Source: the human T2T-CHM13v2.0 reference genome, Homo sapiens
Assembly (NCBI RefSeq): GCF_009914755.1
Contig: NC_060942.1
Length of the DNA stretch: 64,000 nucleotides
Strand: one strand, 5' to 3'
Shown here: one piece after another, positions 62,891 through 64,000 of the stretch
Position numbering within the stretch: position 1 is the stretch's first letter
Layout of the letters: each line of letters starts with the position of its first letter
Position numbers and translations under genes: made by a program
The notes under the pieces: generated by a model
Told to the model about the DNA's origin: nothing
Databases searched by the model: none
Seen by the model: the letters and a program-made list of their open reading frames with translations, nothing else

Positions 62891-64000
62891 CATTCTCAGA
62901 AACTTATTTGAGATGTGTGTACTCAACTAACAGAATTGAACCACCGTTTTGAAGGAGCAGTTTTGAAACACTCTTTTTCTGGAATCTGCAAGAGGATATT
63001 TGCCTAGCCTTGAGGATTTCGTTGGAAACGGGATTGTCTTCAGATCAAATCTAGACAGAAGCATTCTCAGAAACTTCTTTGGGATGTTTGCATTCAAGTC
63101 ACAGAGTAGAACATTCCCTTTGGTAGAGCAGGTTTGAAACACTCTTTTTTTAGTATATGGAAGTGGACATTTGGAGCGCTTTCAGGTCTACGTTGGAAAA
63201 GGAAATATCTTCCCATAACAACTAGACAGAAGCATTCTCAGAAACTAGTTTCTGATGTGTGTCCTCAACTAACACAGTTGAACATTTCTTTAGACAGAAC
63301 AGTTTTGAAACACTCTTTTTGTGGAATCTGCAAGTGGCTATTTGGCTAGATTTGAGGATTTCGTTGGAAACGGGATTACATATAAAAAGCAGACAGCAGC
63401 ATTCTCAGAAAGTTCTTTGTGATGATTGCATTCAAGTCACAGAATTGAACATTCCCTTTCACAGAGCAGGTTTGAAACACTCTTTTTGTAGTGTGTGTAA
63501 GTGGACATTTGGAGCACTTTCCGGCCTAAGGTGAAAAAGGAAATATCTTCCCATAAAAACTAGACAGAAGCACTCTCAGAAACTTACTCGTGATGTGTGT
63601 CCTCAACTAAAGGAGTAGAACCTTTCTTTTCATAGAGAAGTTTTGAAACGCTCTTTTTGTGGAATCTGCAAGTGGATATTTGGCTAGTTTTGAGGATTTC
63701 GTTGGAAGCGGGAATTCATACAAATTGCAGACTGCAGCGTTCTGAGAAACATCTTTGTGATGTTTGTATTCAGGACACAGAGTTGAACATTCCCTATCAT
63801 AGAGCAGGTTTGAATCACTCCTTTTGTAGTATCTGGAAGTGGACATTTGGAGCGCTTTCAGGCCTATGTTGGAAAAGGAAATATCTTCCCATAACAACTA
63901 GACAGAAGCATTCTCAGAAACTTATTTGAGATGTGTGTACTCAACTAAGAGAATTGAACCACCGTTTTGAAGGAGCAGTTTTGAAACACTCTTTTTCTGG

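Larger units (their letters stand above)
1..64000 (+). repeat. Centromeric alpha-satellite HOR array, dimeric (SF2-type), most likely human chr18 D18Z1 (S2C18H1L)
   Basis: Monomer starts (cattctcagaaa/cgttctgagaaa) fall at 119, 290, 461, 628, 799, 966, 1136, 1303, 1474, 1645, 1816..., a spacing of 167-171 bp. A CENP-B box occurs in every second monomer, and all monomers share one orientation. The alpha-satellite call is near certain. The D18Z1 label rests on the 12-mer 2035-bp HOR and the 0.68/1.36-kb EcoRI pattern recalled for chr18 (about 0.8). Confidence 0.98.

Noticed and set aside
155-63929. Hundreds of 61-123 aa ORFs on both strands
   Set aside because: They recur with the satellite period, overlap on opposite strands, often begin at TTG/GTG, are broken by 1-5 bp indels, and show no recognisable domain. 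They are by-products of alpha-satellite sequence, not genes.
1-64000. CRISPR-like repeat/spacer array or other prokaryotic defence system
   Set aside because: There are no unique spacers: the sequence between conserved motifs is itself repeated, and there are no cas-like ORFs.
1-64000. Hidden insertion (L1/Alu, viral or other foreign DNA) or inversion
   Set aside because: All 25 B-to-B intervals are accounted for to within 5 bp by whole dimers. I saw no poly-A tails, target-site duplications or reverse-oriented CENP-B boxes.

Overview
The whole 64 kb is one uninterrupted, single-orientation human-type centromeric alpha-satellite array (about 377 monomers of 167-171 bp). It has dimeric organisation: CENP-B-box monomers alternate with box-less (pJ-alpha type) monomers about every 340 bp. 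The basic higher-order repeat (HOR) is a 2035-bp 12-mer of six dimers, which I label A-F by how they start after the 'cattctcagaaa' motif: A 'cttactcgtg', B 'cttatttgag...gctggaagc', C 'cttgtttatg', D 'cttgtttgtg', E 'cttatttgag...gcctagcc', F 'ctagtttctg'. Two EcoRI sites per HOR give 675 and 1360 bp fragments, which best fits the chromosome 18 live array D18Z1 (SF2); that assignment is from recall, not from a search. I see no genes, transposons, inversions or foreign inserts: every B-to-B distance is fully explained by whole dimers plus 1-5 bp indels, and all listed ORFs are by-products of the repeat. I found no new gene-encoded system. The interesting signal is the array architecture. Only 10 of 25 B-to-B intervals are plain 12-mers. 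The rest contain 6-, 8-, 10- and 14-mer variants made by in-register hybrid monomers, some of them reciprocal. These are nested in 2.4-5.4 kb super-repeats, with dispersed haplotype copies, a 13-substitution cluster beside a deletion junction, and clustered CENP-B box losses. Coordinates and variants were read by eye with help from the ORF-track periodicities.
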